Shown piece after piece: positions 1 through 17,961 of a stretch of 62,192 nucleotides of DNA. The notes below the pieces were generated by a model that was not told the DNA's origin, searched no databases, and was given only the letters and a program-made list of their open reading frames with translations. A program made the position numbers and the translations under genes. The stretch is from Dimargaris cristalligena (taxonomy: Eukaryota), in assembly GCA_003614675.1 (NCBI GenBank), contig ML002239.1:1-62192 (forward strand). Direction: 5' to 3'. Numbering within the stretch: position 1 is the first letter of the stretch; each line of letters opens with the position of its first letter.

Positions 1-55
1 GGAAGTCCTATCTCGCCTCAGAAAAGCCTCCTTATTTGCCAAATTAGAAAAATGT

Positions 56-530
56 TGTCGTGCTTAATAATCTAAAGGATTAAAGCCGACTACCTATGAA
101 GGACTAGGTGTCATCATCACCTAGTTCTATCAAGGAGGCGCGGGAATTCGGCCTTGTTGAAGGATCAGCATCCTTCAGCCATTCCCGCCACTCGATTCAC
201 ATATTCTATATATCACCTTCATTATATACCCGTCTATTATTAGTTATCATTTATATTACTATCTAGTAGCGTTTTCCAGCATCTTCTATACCGGTTTGAT
301 GCCTTTACCATTAGTCTGCTCGGCTATATAAAGCCGAGCCAATTCCTATAGTTACTCTTCAGTTAATTACCATTTATTCTATACCCCCTTTTATAGTTAA
401 CTCAATCTATTAGATATCTCCCTTATTCTTATCTATAAAGCGCCCTTCGCATCAACTGCCTGTGTGTTAGCTCTTGTAAACTTGTCCGAAGCGTAGCCAT
501 TTAGCATATTGTGGAATTTAGCCTACGACA
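56..530 (+). mobile_element. Solo LTR, family A, full-length copy (475 bp)
   Basis: Termini are TGTCGT...ACGACA (TG..CA, 6-bp inverted ends) with an internal TATATAAA. It aligns end to end with the copy at 7180-7628, which carries a 5-bp TSD. Strand is relative to the other copies only. Confidence 0.85.
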
Positions 531-984
531 GGTCTTTTTAACGATAAAATAAACATGAACGGCTTGTTTTTATCTTGGCTATTTATTTCTTCATTGGTGG
601 CGAAAGGTCTACCTGTACTCTAACCAGCCATTCGACGGAAAGAGCCGTGTGTGTAACATTTTGCCGGACAGGCAGATTTACACCCATCGGCCGTTATTAA
701 AACCAACATCTCCCGCCACCCCCTAACTCAAGGAAATCCCTTTTTGTATACATCCCCACATCAATAAACTCTATGTGCTATATTACCATTTTCGCCCGCT
801 AAGATGTAACAGTATGATTTATTCGTCTTGCGGATACATGGTATTGGCCCAGGTATGGTAATATAAATTAACCACTATTACCAATGTGAATGCTACCTAT
901 AGGCCACATTAAATCGCTGGTCAGCTAATATATTATATGTTTAAAACTATGAAGGGCTAACTTGATCGACCGCTTAATTGGTGT

Positions 985-1121
985 AGGAGAGGCTCAACCA
1001 GGCTGTATAAAGAAAAAATCGCTAGTATGAAGCAAATATTACTGGTTAAATTTGAATCACCCGCCTATTTTCCTATACACACACCATGTAAAGCCTTATA
1101 CGGCTGGGTTTAATTTTACAC
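985..1121. mobile_element. MITE family B, degenerate copy
   Basis: Aligns with 41175-41310 (ggagaggctcaaccaggctgtataa...ccttatac). Termini and TSD are decayed. Confidence 0.7.
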
Positions 1122-1326
1122 GCACGTTAAATTTAAGTAACAACTGCCTATTCGTAATGTTTGACTATTATAGATGTCTTCTTTAGCGTCAACAGAGAGT
1201 CTATACAGAGGAAATGTCCTCGTCTATAACTTTCAACGGGTGAAGATGAAATCAAGGTATGCTTGGGGAGGGGGGGGATTACCTCCAATTCTAAAGCAGG
1301 GATTTGTTATCAATACTGAGACATGA

Positions 1327-1707
1327 ATAGATAAGAATAAGGGAGATATCTAATAGATTGAGTTAACTATAAAAGGGGGTATAGAATAAATGGTAATTAA
1401 CTGAAGAGTAACTATAGGAATTGGCTCGGCTTTATATAGCCGAGCAGACTAATGGTAAAGGCATCAAACCGGTATAGAAGATGCTGGAAAACGCTACTAG
1501 ATAGTAATATAAATGATAACTAATAATAGACGGGTATATAATGAAGGTGATATATAGAATATGTGAATCGAGTGGCGGGAATGGCTGAAGGATGCTGATC
1601 CTTCAACAAGGCCGAATTCCCGCGCCTCCTTGATAGAACTAGGTGATGATGACACCTAGTCCTTCATAGGTAGTCGGCTTTAATCCTTTAGATTATTAAG
1701 CACGACA
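1327..1707 (-). mobile_element. Solo LTR, family A, truncated copy, inverted relative to 56-530
   Basis: Exact reverse complement of 56-436. It lacks the last ~94 bp of the LTR. Confidence 0.9.
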
Positions 1708-3463
1708 AGACCAGCCCCACATAGTATTAGTTGAAATATATAGCCCAATATCCAACTCCAGTGAATAGGGGGAGTGGGTGATTTGGCTAGCTGGTTAATG
1801 CGTATTTCTGCTTTAAGCGTTGGCCACTTAAAAATATAGGATAGTTAGTTCCGTATTGACATTCTGTCTATATCCCACATAGGTCCCCCAAATAATAGAA
1901 TTATGCGTGGGATGCACTCACCCGCCCTTGCTCAAATAGACCCCCCACACCTGTCTTTTTTCTACTAGTTGACCTAAAACTGAGGTTCTTGCTAGGCTAT
2001 TGCGCATAGGGGCATCGGAGAAAGCCGAAATTGGACTATTGCTATTAATACAGGTGGGCTACGGCCTTGGCCGATTCAATTACAAATTTATACAAGATGT
2101 AATCATTCGAGACTAGGTTTAATTAAGTGGATTCACAGAGGCGGCTCAGTATAAATAACTAGTTAGGCAATCTCAAACAAAACTATACTATACCCAGCAC
2201 AATTGGGTAGAAGGAACAAGCCAAACGAGTGAATGTCAACGTGGTTGTACGAGGTCTTGGATGCAATGCCCATGGTATTGTCGGAGGGGTATTTCTTCAG
2301 CCAGTAAGACCCACTCCAACAGTTACACTGTTTCCGGCCTATATTCATTTTTTGATATAAAAAACATTTTTGGTTAGGAAACGGCGCCTCGCTTGAGCTT
2401 TCGATATAGGCCAGGTATAATAAAAGTCATACTAAACAACAAAGTTCAAGATAGTATCGCCAATTAACTTGATGGAAAATGATAGAGACCCAAGAAAAAG
2501 CTGTGCTAACCATTAAATTGCTATAAAATATCACGAACACAATCTATCGCTAATCGGCCTTGCCATGCTCGCAAAAACCCCATACAATATAGTTCTATCC
2601 GATAATGGCACATGCTCCGCGGTGGAAAGACGCAAACTATTGCCACTTGTTCGTTAACTGACATGCTAATATGTAGACCCCGCTGCCCCCTCCTTTATTT
2701 TTTTTTGAGTCCCCCGAACGGACTAGTTTAAGCCTCCCACCAAAGACCTACATAGCCAACCCGGTGCCTTTAAAGTAATGATGTAGCCCTAAAATTAATT
2801 AGCTTATAGACTGGTCTATTCCAAAATGGGAGGTTATACGTGGAAACCAGCGATCACTAGTGGTCAATTATCAGGCGGTGCCTTGGAAAGCAATACAAAA
2901 CAATGATCCACATTCGGTTACTACCATGAATTGGACACTGTGCTACTTGGCCTAGTGCAAAACACGGCGAGACCATTACCTGGTCGGCCTTCTCCCTCCG
3001 CTTCGTACCTTTGGCCTTGTCTTTCCGTGCCTTGCCCTGTACCCAATGCAGCACTGTATAGACAAGCTCACCAAGTGTACAACGGGTCTCTAGGGAAGCA
3101 GCACCAGCGAAATGGCCCATTCAAGCGGAGTGCACCTCCCAATATGGCCTGCGTATGCTGTGCCGGTTCAGTTCCATAGGCTGTTAGGAGGACGTAAACT
3201 GTTTTTGTGGGTGGGGTAGCTCGCGAACTTTTAAGGTCGGCATAGAAAAAATAGGCCGAATATAAGTAGGTGCGCTCGCACTATATAGTTTTCCTTTGAT
3301 AGATTTACTTGCCTAAAACGCCAGTTGACTCTGGCCCTTCGCCCAAGCCATCCACCAACGACGACTTTTCCCCACCTTTACTTTGACTATTCCTTTTATT
3401 TTAAGCCCAACCTTTTTCTATTGTCTCATCCCTGATTCGGTATAAATCCTTAGGTTCCCAGAT

Positions 3464-4822
3464 ATGTATTTATCTACCATTGTTTTCAAGCTTGGTTTGA
3501 CTGTGGGGCTTCCTTGCTTTATATCTGCTCGGCCTCTTCCTGGTGACACGGCCACTGGTACTCCATCGGTGGAATTTACTGAACAAAACCATTTACGTGC
3601 TCTTGATGCTATGCGTAGGAGCGGTCATGATGGGCAGATATCGCACGAACCCAATCTGCCGAGTTCGAGTGACTCAGACCCCGACCAGTCTTCATCCGGG
3701 TACTGTACCGAGCTGTTCAAGGACAGTGAGTTCCCATTCCCGGACAACACCCAGTGGGATCTTGACCATACCGATGACGAACCTGTACATAATGGTGTGG
3801 GAGGCTGGGAAGGGTACAACTATTTTAAGGACGACTGCCCTGATACTGCTCCGAATCCCGGTGAGAATTGTGATGTTGACCCATTGGGTGGCTCCAAGAC
3901 TGGGTCGATTTGCGGGTATGCGGGTGAATCAGACGATAATGACATGGGATCGGAGTTCAGTGCTATAGATGGCGCCGGCGAGGAATGTTACCCAGTAAGT
4001 GTTTTTTGCGAGTCCGAGGACGAGTATGTGCATGCTCCCGTCGAATTGTCGAACACTGAGGTTCGAGAGACCTTACCGGATGTCGAAGGAATGAATCACT
4101 CCATCGAAACGCAAATTGTCCATCACAGGGAATCCGATACTGAGTCCAACTATCCAACTAGCCCCAAACATATTTAGAGCAAGGATGATGGCGATAATGC
4201 TTCAGATTTTGCGGAGCATGACTACCAGACCAACGTATCCGATGGCGAGCACAGTGATTTCGAGATGGGCCCGAAAATGATACGAAAGAATTCTTCGGGC
4301 GCCATTAACCATCATCGCAAGGGCCGCCGGCCTAACCCGGACCTGAAAAAGACACCAAAAATATCTCCAGGCACTATTAACAAACGTCGCATGGGCTGCC
4401 AAATTCACCCGAGCCTGTTATGTGCCAAATGCAAAAAGGCATTTAGTGATAGTAAAGATGCGATAGTTCACAGAGAGAACTGTCGGGATTTTGTATGTTT
4501 TCGCTGTAAGGGAATCTTCGCCCATGCACCAGGGCTCAACCGACATCTGTCAAACAACAAATGTACCAAAAATAGCATCTGTGATATACGCGGGATTGAT
4601 TTATCGGATCCGGCCGTTTTAGCCAAGCACAAGACCTATGATAGTTCCCTTAACGCTTATCCGTGCCGTGTGTGTAAAAAAAGTTATCGCCTGAAGCGTA
4701 GTCAACAAACCCACTTGTCCAGAGCCCAACAAAATGCACCGTATTTTTGCAAGACTTGCAACGATGAGTTTCCCACCACTTGCAATTTAAAACAGCATAA
4801 GCAATCGTGTAAGGAAACCTGA
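3464..4822 (+). CDS. Putative secreted protein with acidic linker and C-terminal C2H2/C2HC zinc fingers, interrupted by one in-frame TAG (4175-4177); gene or recent pseudogene
   Basis: ORFs 3464-4177 and 4265-4822 are in the same frame and the 87 nt between them are open. The N-terminus MYLSTIVFKLGLTVGLPCFISA-RP is signal-peptide-like. Intact fingers: CAKC..F..H..C, CFRC..F..L..H..C, CKTC..F..L..H..C; two more are degenerate. Confidence 0.6.
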
Positions 4823-5700
4823 CAAGGTTGCTCTAACTATTTGGGCCTTTAGCCCCTAGTGGTATCTTTACACAGTATAAATGATTATAAACTCTGTGGT
4901 TAACGATTAACACCCAGCTTTATTCGGCTATTGAGTAGGTACTTGTTGTAGATAAGGCTTGATCTAGCTGTATATCACAAAAAAAAAATTGCCAAGTCAT
5001 TTTTTACATAGTTAATTAGGTGTAAAACCTATTTTAAAAATGTACACTTCATACATCAATTTCCTGAGTTGTCTAATTTCGTCCATATAATTTACCGGAT
5101 AGATTAAATATAATAAATCATCAAGGCAAACTGAAAGTGGTTTTTTATTGAATGGGACCTAGCCGCCTAGTTTTACTGGCATCATCTCTATATATAGGTG
5201 TAATAGTCCTGTAAAAATGTAAGGTATGGGGCAATGGGTATAGGGAGGCATTATCATTCAAAACAACTGTACTAGCTTATAAAATAGGGTTGGCCCAGTC
5301 GTGGTCTATAGCCACGTAGCCACCAAGTTGCCCGCTTTCATACGTTAACCTTCGCCAACGATATTAGTATATACATTAAATAATTATGTCGTATACCTTT
5401 GTGTCATCTTGCTGGCACTAATATCACATTTACGATTATTTCACTCAAGGAACATGCTTGACTAATAACCAATCTAGCTAGGTCAAAATTTAATAATGCC
5501 ACTTTGGAAATACGCCGTCCACCAAATTTCCCATTTGAGATAGTTTAGGCCAGTCCTCAGTTGTTTGGCTATTTATTGGTGTTAAATCTCTTCCCTATAG
5601 ACAGAGTGTGAAAGAGATAAGGGGTACAAATTGGCGAGTGACCGCCATTGATCATAGTTATAGTTGAGTAGGTTCCAGTAGTGTTACCATAATAGGCGGT

Positions 5701-6006
5701 TTAGACCTTCTTGGCGAAGTTCTGCTTGGCTTCACCCTGGGCGCGCTGAGCCTCATCCTGGGCCTTGGCGGTCTGGTTGCCGGTCATGCCGTGGAACCCG
5801 CTCTTGATGGCCGCGGACATTCGATCGGCGGTACCCGAAACGTAGTTCTTGGTCTTGCCCTGGGTTTGTTCGGTCTGGCCCTGGGCCTGGTTGGCGGCGC
5901 CGCGGGCCTGCATATTCTCGTTACCGGTTGCGTTGCCAATGCCGTGCTGGACGTCGCCGAGGCCTTCGTTGAATTTACCGTGGGTCTGGCTGGGGCTGGT
6001 CGACAT
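5701..6006 (-). CDS. CsbD-family / Hmp1-like hydrophilic stress protein (101 aa)
   Basis: Two CsbD-type repeats (G..NE..G.V..G.G..TGN..MQA.G...QAQG). GC-rich coding bias. TATAAATA upstream on the minus strand (~6163-6170). Confidence 0.85.
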   Translation of the reverse strand: MSTSPSQTHGKFNEGLGDVQHGIGNATGNENMQARGAANQAQGQTEQTQGKTKNYVSGTADRMSAAIKSGFHGMTGNQTAKAQDEAQRAQGEAKQNFAKKV

Positions 6007-7179
6007 GTTGAGTAGAAGTTGGGTGATGTGTTGGTTGAGGGATGGGGGATGAAGGGGGTGGTGATAAGGTGCGGTGGGTGTGAAGTAGAATCGATGAGGT
6101 TGTTATGGAAATGATGTTAATGATGTTGATGATAAAATGTCAGTTCGGTGACAGGTCACCCTTTATTTATAGAATATCGGACTGATCTGGTAAGCAGAGG
6201 TGGGCCATGATAGCAAGGGCGAGAAGGTACGCTACTACTACTACTACTACTACTAAGAGGCCGGGCGATTTACAGTCGGACATGGGGGATATGTTTCGTC
6301 AGTATTACCACCGCATTCCGTCACTAGCCATTAGGTTCACCAAAGCCACCGACTTCAAGGAGGGATCGTTGGTATGACAAACCCGGTTGGCGCTACCCTT
6401 GATTAATCGCTTGCCTCAATCCCCCCACTGGATCTGGGTGCTGTCTAGTTGCAGGGTATAGGGCGATGCGCTAATAATTAGACATTCAATATTACCCTTG
6501 TTCTGCGAAGGGGCGATGATTACCTCATTACTATCCGGTGAGAATGGACCGCCGAAGGAGATATTGTCAACCGAAAAGTCCGATTTTGACGCCATTGGTC
6601 CAATCCTAATCGATATTACATATACGTCACTTTCATTACATCATCGTATCGGTTTGATTAGATGACCTACTAGCCAATGTTGTTTATTGACAACTACGCC
6701 ATTCGCCTATTGAGGTTGGCTCGGTGAATAATGTGGTCACAACCTATCGGCCCGGATCTAGAGACCATCTTTGACTAACGATAGTCATCCGACTTTGCTT
6801 CGTTATGAAGCCGCTTTATCAACTGAATTTTTAGAAATAGTAAAATGATGCAACCTCCCACTTTACCAAAGAATGTCTGTAGAAGGGGAGTATCTATTAT
6901 ACAAGCTCGCTACACCTATGAGCGCAACATTGGTATGATTGGTAGTAGGCAGCTCTGTAATAGTGCAAAAAATGGGCATGTTCTGGCCGTAGATTCTCAA
7001 CAACCTATTGAAGGATATTGGCTTGAATGCTCTTGGGGGACTATACTGTCAATTATAGGCTATGCCGTCATTATGAACCAGACAATGACGGAAATCACAC
7101 GGGTTATTTTCATGTTCGATTCGTCCGAGGATGGAGCAGCACTACAATGACCTAGACTATTTTTGTCGGCGCTTTTATT

Positions 7180-7628
7180 TGTCGTAGGCAATGATCCTGG
7201 CAAGGACTAAACGCCTACGCCTAGAATGAGAAATAAGAACTAACACACAAGCAGGTGATGCGAAGAGCACATTATAGATAGCACATGTGGTAGATATCGA
7301 TAGGACGAGTTAACTAATAAAAAGGGGGGGGTGTAGAATAAACACTAATTAACTAAATAATCAGCTATAGGAATTGGCTCGGCTTTATTTAGCTGAGCAG
7401 ATTAATGATAAATGTGTCGAACCAGCACAGAGCATACTGGAAGACACTACTCTAATATAGAATGAAGATGATTTAGGGAATAGATAACCTGGGTGGCTGG
7501 TATGGCGGAAGGAAAGTGGACATTTGGCAAGGTGAAGTTATCGCACCTCGTTGATGGAACTGGGTGATGATGGCGCCTAGTACTTGAAGACCCGCCGGCT
7601 CTAATCCCATTTATTATTATCTACAGCA
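7180..7628 (-). mobile_element. Solo LTR, family A, diverged copy with intact TSD
   Basis: Similar along its length to the reverse complement of 56-530. TG..CA ends. Direct repeat TTATT at 7175-7179 and 7629-7633. Confidence 0.85.
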
Positions 7629-8063
7629 TTATTAAATGACAAATTAACCATAAAATCAAATCCTACCTAGCTATAGAATACCATATCCTTTAGCTGAGCC
7701 GGGTCTACGTTGTCGCAATTAGCCCTATCCCTTCGGATTCCACAGTTACATTTACACCAATATATATTACAGCTGCGCTGAACCCCACCCATATTTTACA
7801 TGTTCAATTTACTATATAAAAAAAAACCAACGTATACACCAAGTTTCCCCGTGGACCTAACTGCCCAAATAGCTATATAAAAAATTGAAAGAGTATGCGC
7901 CAACGCTCTTATTGTTGAAATAATCTAGCGGTTCCCTAGAGCGTCTGTAGCCAGTGCTATGTCGCCATTACGAGCGCCGAGCTGTGGGCAGCCCGCATGA
8001 ACGAGCCATTGCTTTATTTGGCGGGCCGATGATACCACAATTTGGCCGTGGATCGATTGTAAC

Positions 8064-9020
8064 TCAGCTATCCTGCATGTAAGCATCCATTTGCTCATCA
8101 AGGTCTTCCTTGGTCGCGACCGGGGCCCGGTGGGGGCGGTCGGAAGAGCGGTGACTGGAGGACAGCCGGGAATTCCGGGGTGCTGAGTCCCGCGATGAGG
8201 AACCAATACGGCTTCGCAGGTCCCGTGTACTGATAGCCACGGGGCGCGCGGTGGGTTCGATGGAAAGACGGGTGAATACGGACGAGGCTCCCCGGATCGA
8301 CATATTGGATACCCGGGGTTGGGCCTTGGTTGTACCGTGGTATTGGCGGATGTGAAGGGACCGGTCTATGTGGTATTAGAAGGATTGGTAGGGGGGATGG
8401 TAACTATGATTATTAGGGACAGAAGGACACGGCGACTCATACAAAGAGCATGGTACTATAGGGCATAAAGGAGTGGGCAAAATGATCAACTCAACTAGTA
8501 TCACCGAAGTACGACTTGGTTACTTACTGGTAATACTCAATAGCCGTTCGCCGTCGAGAGTACGCTGGGCCTCCATGGCATCTTCGGGGGTCACGAATTC
8601 GACTATAGCCTGACCCATAGGCTGACCGGCCACATCGTACTGCACCACCACCTTGGACACGGGTCCGATTTGCCGGAACTCGCGTTCAATATCGTCTTCC
8701 TCTACCGAATGGGACAAATTATCGACGAACACCATACTCGTAGGTGGGGGGACTTCCTCCACGGGAACCGGTTCGGGGATGCCCTGCGCAGCCTCGTTGG
8801 GTTTGGCGGAAGCGGGGTACCGATCGACGTACAAGTCGTTTTTCCATTTGCTGTCCCTGGAGGTAGAACGGCGTGGGCGTTGGGCGTAGGGGCGCCGGTC
8901 CTCGCGACGGGAAGGCCGTTCGGTCCGGCGCGAACGTTGGCGGCCGCTAGAAGGACGATCCCGCTTGGACGCGACAATGTCGTCTAGGGACATGGACAGG
9001 AGATCGGGGGTACTGTCCAT
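8064..9020 (-). CDS. YRA1: Yra1/Mlo3/ALYREF-like mRNA export adaptor, RRM protein (264 aa)
   Basis: Exons 9020-8528 and 8365-8064 (GTAAGT...CTAAT...TAG) splice in frame. N-terminal LSMSLDDIV and C-terminal EDLDEQMDAYM UAP56-binding motifs flank an RRM (VFVDNL...GQAIVEF). Confidence 0.85.
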
Positions 9021-10041
9021 AGTACGTGAGTAAGGTTAACAATGAGGGTGGGAGTTGAAAATCAAATAGAATAAAATAGAGGGACTAATAGTAACTAATG
9101 GAGGAGGAACGAGTCCAAGTGTCCGGGAGTTGGGAGAGGACGTGTATGGCGGTTGTATGGCAAGCGGCCGTGGGATATAAAGCGCTTAAACAGAAGGAAC
9201 GAGGGGTTCGTAGATCTAGATGCTGTCAAGATGAATAGCGAAAGTATATGGGTACAGCACACAAGGTGGGCAACGGCGATTGAGAGATTCTACCGCATTG
9301 TTTATGAACAAAACGAAACAAGTGAGACAGCAGGAGGTTAGGGTGCTGAGTCCCCAGGGAGAGGACACTCTGTGAAGAATACACACCCCTTCCCTCTATC
9401 CAATGCTGAGTGACATTATGAGTGGGGTTTTTACCCAGGAAGTATAGATATCGGCGGTACCCATCACCTGGATACTTTCCACCCTGGCTTTGGAAAACAG
9501 GTTTTAACCGGTAGGTTAGGCAATGGGATGATGATCACTGTGGCCCATATACAGCCACTGTTAAGATGGGGTACTATATATTTCATCAGCTATAATGGCG
9601 CACACGCAGGCACTCTGTGGCTAATATGTTCCCTCTAGACGGTATGTCCTTTTATAAGCCGAGTTGGTCAAACGGGCAAATTATGGGCGGTTCCTTTGGA
9701 TGTATTCTGCAAGCCCTGTAACAAAGTCGATTAACTAAAGGGGTACAAATTGGATTGGCGTAATAGATACTGGAGCAGGGCTTTAAGGTTTTTTTATTGA
9801 AGGAAAGGTAGTAAAAATAAGCAGCGAGGGGGTTATTTCATAATTACAGGGGATAGCAGATGAGGACAAATTAAGCGAGGAAAAGACGATACAGTCTAAT
9901 CATGACGCCGGTTCTGTCGGTCTATTATAGTTCATTCGGAAGTCGTGCTTGGTAAAAAAAGTGGGCCTCTAAGGTGTTGGGGGGGGGGGATATAAAGCGA
10001 ATCAAAAGGCTGAGGGATGCATGCTCCACCCCCATTGATAA

Positions 10042-10230
10042 TTACAATACGATCAGGAGAGCGTAGATGATGGCGGGGATAATACCAAGAATCCACAGGA
10101 GAATGGAAATGGCGAGTTCTATGCCGCACCCGCGATGCAAAAATACAGCCACAGGTGGTACGATAATGGCCAGTAGAATCTCGAGCACCTTACGGGCGGT
10201 GGAGCGGGCCTGGAGAGAGCCGTGGGTCAT
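10042..10230 (-). CDS. PMP3: PMP3/UPF0057 plasma-membrane proteolipid (62 aa)
   Basis: Family signature ILLAIIVPPVAVFL..GCG....ISILLWILGIIPAIIYAL with two hydrophobic segments. Confidence 0.92.
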   Translation of the reverse strand: MTHGSLQARSTARKVLEILLAIIVPPVAVFLHRGCGIELAISILLWILGIIPAIIYALLIVL

Positions 10231-11940
10231 TTTGACTGGTTAGGTGGTGTGTTTGTAGGTGGGGGGTTAAAGGGCCGTCGAGGTTACGAGGCGGTTGGTA
10301 GGCTTTGGCTGATAAATGCGAGAGACTGTGTGTAAAGGAGAGGCAACCGATATAATAGTAATAATCTAGGAATGGGCGCTGTGCAACTGCTATAAGTGGG
10401 TAGCAAAGAAGGACGGAACAGGAGCTAAGAAATGCAAGGAAATGAAAGTGGTGAAATGGAAGGAACTAATAACAACCCGAAACCTGTTGTGGGGGGCGGG
10501 TTGTAAGGTTTTATACCCTGGACGGTCTCTCTCATGAATGAGTGAAGGGGGAGTTGGTTCAAGAGTGGGTTGGATGGGATGGTTAAACCCCACGGTTCGA
10601 CTCACCGGAAACCACCAACAGCAGCAGTAGTAGTAGTAGTAGTCGTCGTCGCAGCAGCGTCTGGGTTTTCCTCGTTGGACAAATGAGCTCATGTTGGCGA
10701 CCCCCGTCTTCCCAATTGGCTGATCTGCCTGCAGCTGTATATCCAAATGGAATTTTTCCAATTAACTACTACGTACAGTCAGCCAAATATAATAATGGGA
10801 AATGTCCCAAAATACCACATCAGTAACGTCATGGTGCCGGACCCTGCCTTGATTCGGTGGTCTTGCACTCCCACCATTGTTCTGAGCACGCACATTCTGC
10901 AGCCGTTTTGATGGGAAATTGGCACTGGACTGGCTGGGAAAGGGGTAGAAGAGTAAGTAGGGCGACCTATTTTTACTATTTGCGGTTGGCTAAACAAATC
11001 AGATGCCATTCTCTCCAAAAATATAACACACCATTCACAAATAAGAAGGGGGGATGCTAATATAAAGGGGGCGAATCCCACTTTGGGAAGGAACGGGATT
11101 ATCCCATTCAGCAGAGCCGTGTAAGAATCGCTGGCCAATCTCTTGGTTAATACGGGCCATGAATTAAGTAGGCGCAGTCCTTGGCCAGCGAAATACAATC
11201 AACAAGTAAGTAATCATAATCAGATAGGGAAGGTGCAGTCCTATTCGGTCAGTGAATGCCTCCGTTGGTTCACAACGACGATCTTGCGCTTGACTGTGCA
11301 ACTGACCCTCAATTATCCCCATTCTCTTCATTCTCTTCTTCGCTGACCTTCCCAATCACACTGCCACCAACAAAGGGGAGGATCGAAGAGAAGAAAGCAT
11401 ACCCAGACCATTTCAGCTGGTTGGGATATTTTGGTAAATGCAATTGTCCCATGAAAGGTGCCAATTTAAATTCCCCGTGGTGGGGGATATCTGTGAAATA
11501 GTTAAGCCAATGATGGTGAGTGGCTTTGTCTTCCAGGAACGGGAAGGGGGTAGCTATTTACTTTCTCCCTACAAAATTACACTTATTACTACTATACTAT
11601 ACTATACTATACATGTTATTGTCAAGACTCCTCGCGCCCTAAACACCCACCAGCAGCCCCAATTCCACCCGCAGGTGGGTTGCAGGATTCAAAGGAAGGG
11701 TGTGTGAATCACACCCTCCTCTGCCTAAACTTGGAGCCTACCCTCCCCCGACCACACCCCTTCAGGAGACCCGAAAACCACCATTCCACATTTGCACCAG
11801 CTGAATCCATTTCTGACTATAGCTCCATTTCTACTGTTCTATTCCCGCCTCCTTATCGGCCATTTCTTGGTCATCGTTACCGGCACCAGCCTGGCTTGTA
11901 GTCTTTTAACCTCTTCCCAAACACGAAACCTACCCCATTC

Positions 11941-17387
<5,447 letters not shown>

Positions 17388-17961
17388 AAGAAAAATATTA
17401 TTATATGTAGCCAAGGAACCAGGGTGGTTGGGTGAAGGGGGGGGGGGGCTCTGGACTGGAATATGCGAAATAGCAATATGGTATACCACTTGGTTTACTT
17501 CCGGTCTTGAATAATGAGCATTAGTTTGTTTCGGGTTTTTTCAAATTTTAATTTCGTGCATTAAATTGTCAGGGTGGATTTACAACCACTCCTCTTTTGA
17601 CCCATGCCGAGACTAAGTGACACATATCCCTTTAAATTTATTCTTCAATTATGTGTTTCAAATATGTAGTATCTCGTATATATATATATATCTCTCTATC
17701 TCGAAACATAAACCTAGTAATATTAATATATATCTCATGCCAATCGATGCTATAAATTCTAAAAGAAGACGTATATAGAGTTGTCTCGTCACTCAGTCCG
17801 ATAAAACCATCATGTGATTAATCAATTAAGTCTTTAATCGTTCAAAATTATACGAGAATATGGCTCCACGGAAATCCCTGAAACTGTCCAAAACCCCCAT
17901 TGAATAGTTGCGTCGACTCCGTCGCTAAAAGGAAAACAAAAAAATGGATATCAACTCTGAA

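Noticed and set aside
1401-1425. Hammerhead ribozyme core (CTGAAGA...GAA) in the repeat
   Set aside because: No stem II or GAAA geometry, and the motif is not conserved in the other copies.
55-1708. A single DNA transposon or DIRS element with 382-bp terminal inverted repeats
   Set aside because: There is no TSD around the whole unit and no coding remnant inside. The repeat extends to 530 on one side and occurs elsewhere as a TG..CA solo LTR with a 5-bp TSD.
2163-3179. Short ORFs at 2163-2348, 2857-3120 and 2931-3179
   Set aside because: No recognisable motif, splice model or coding bias.
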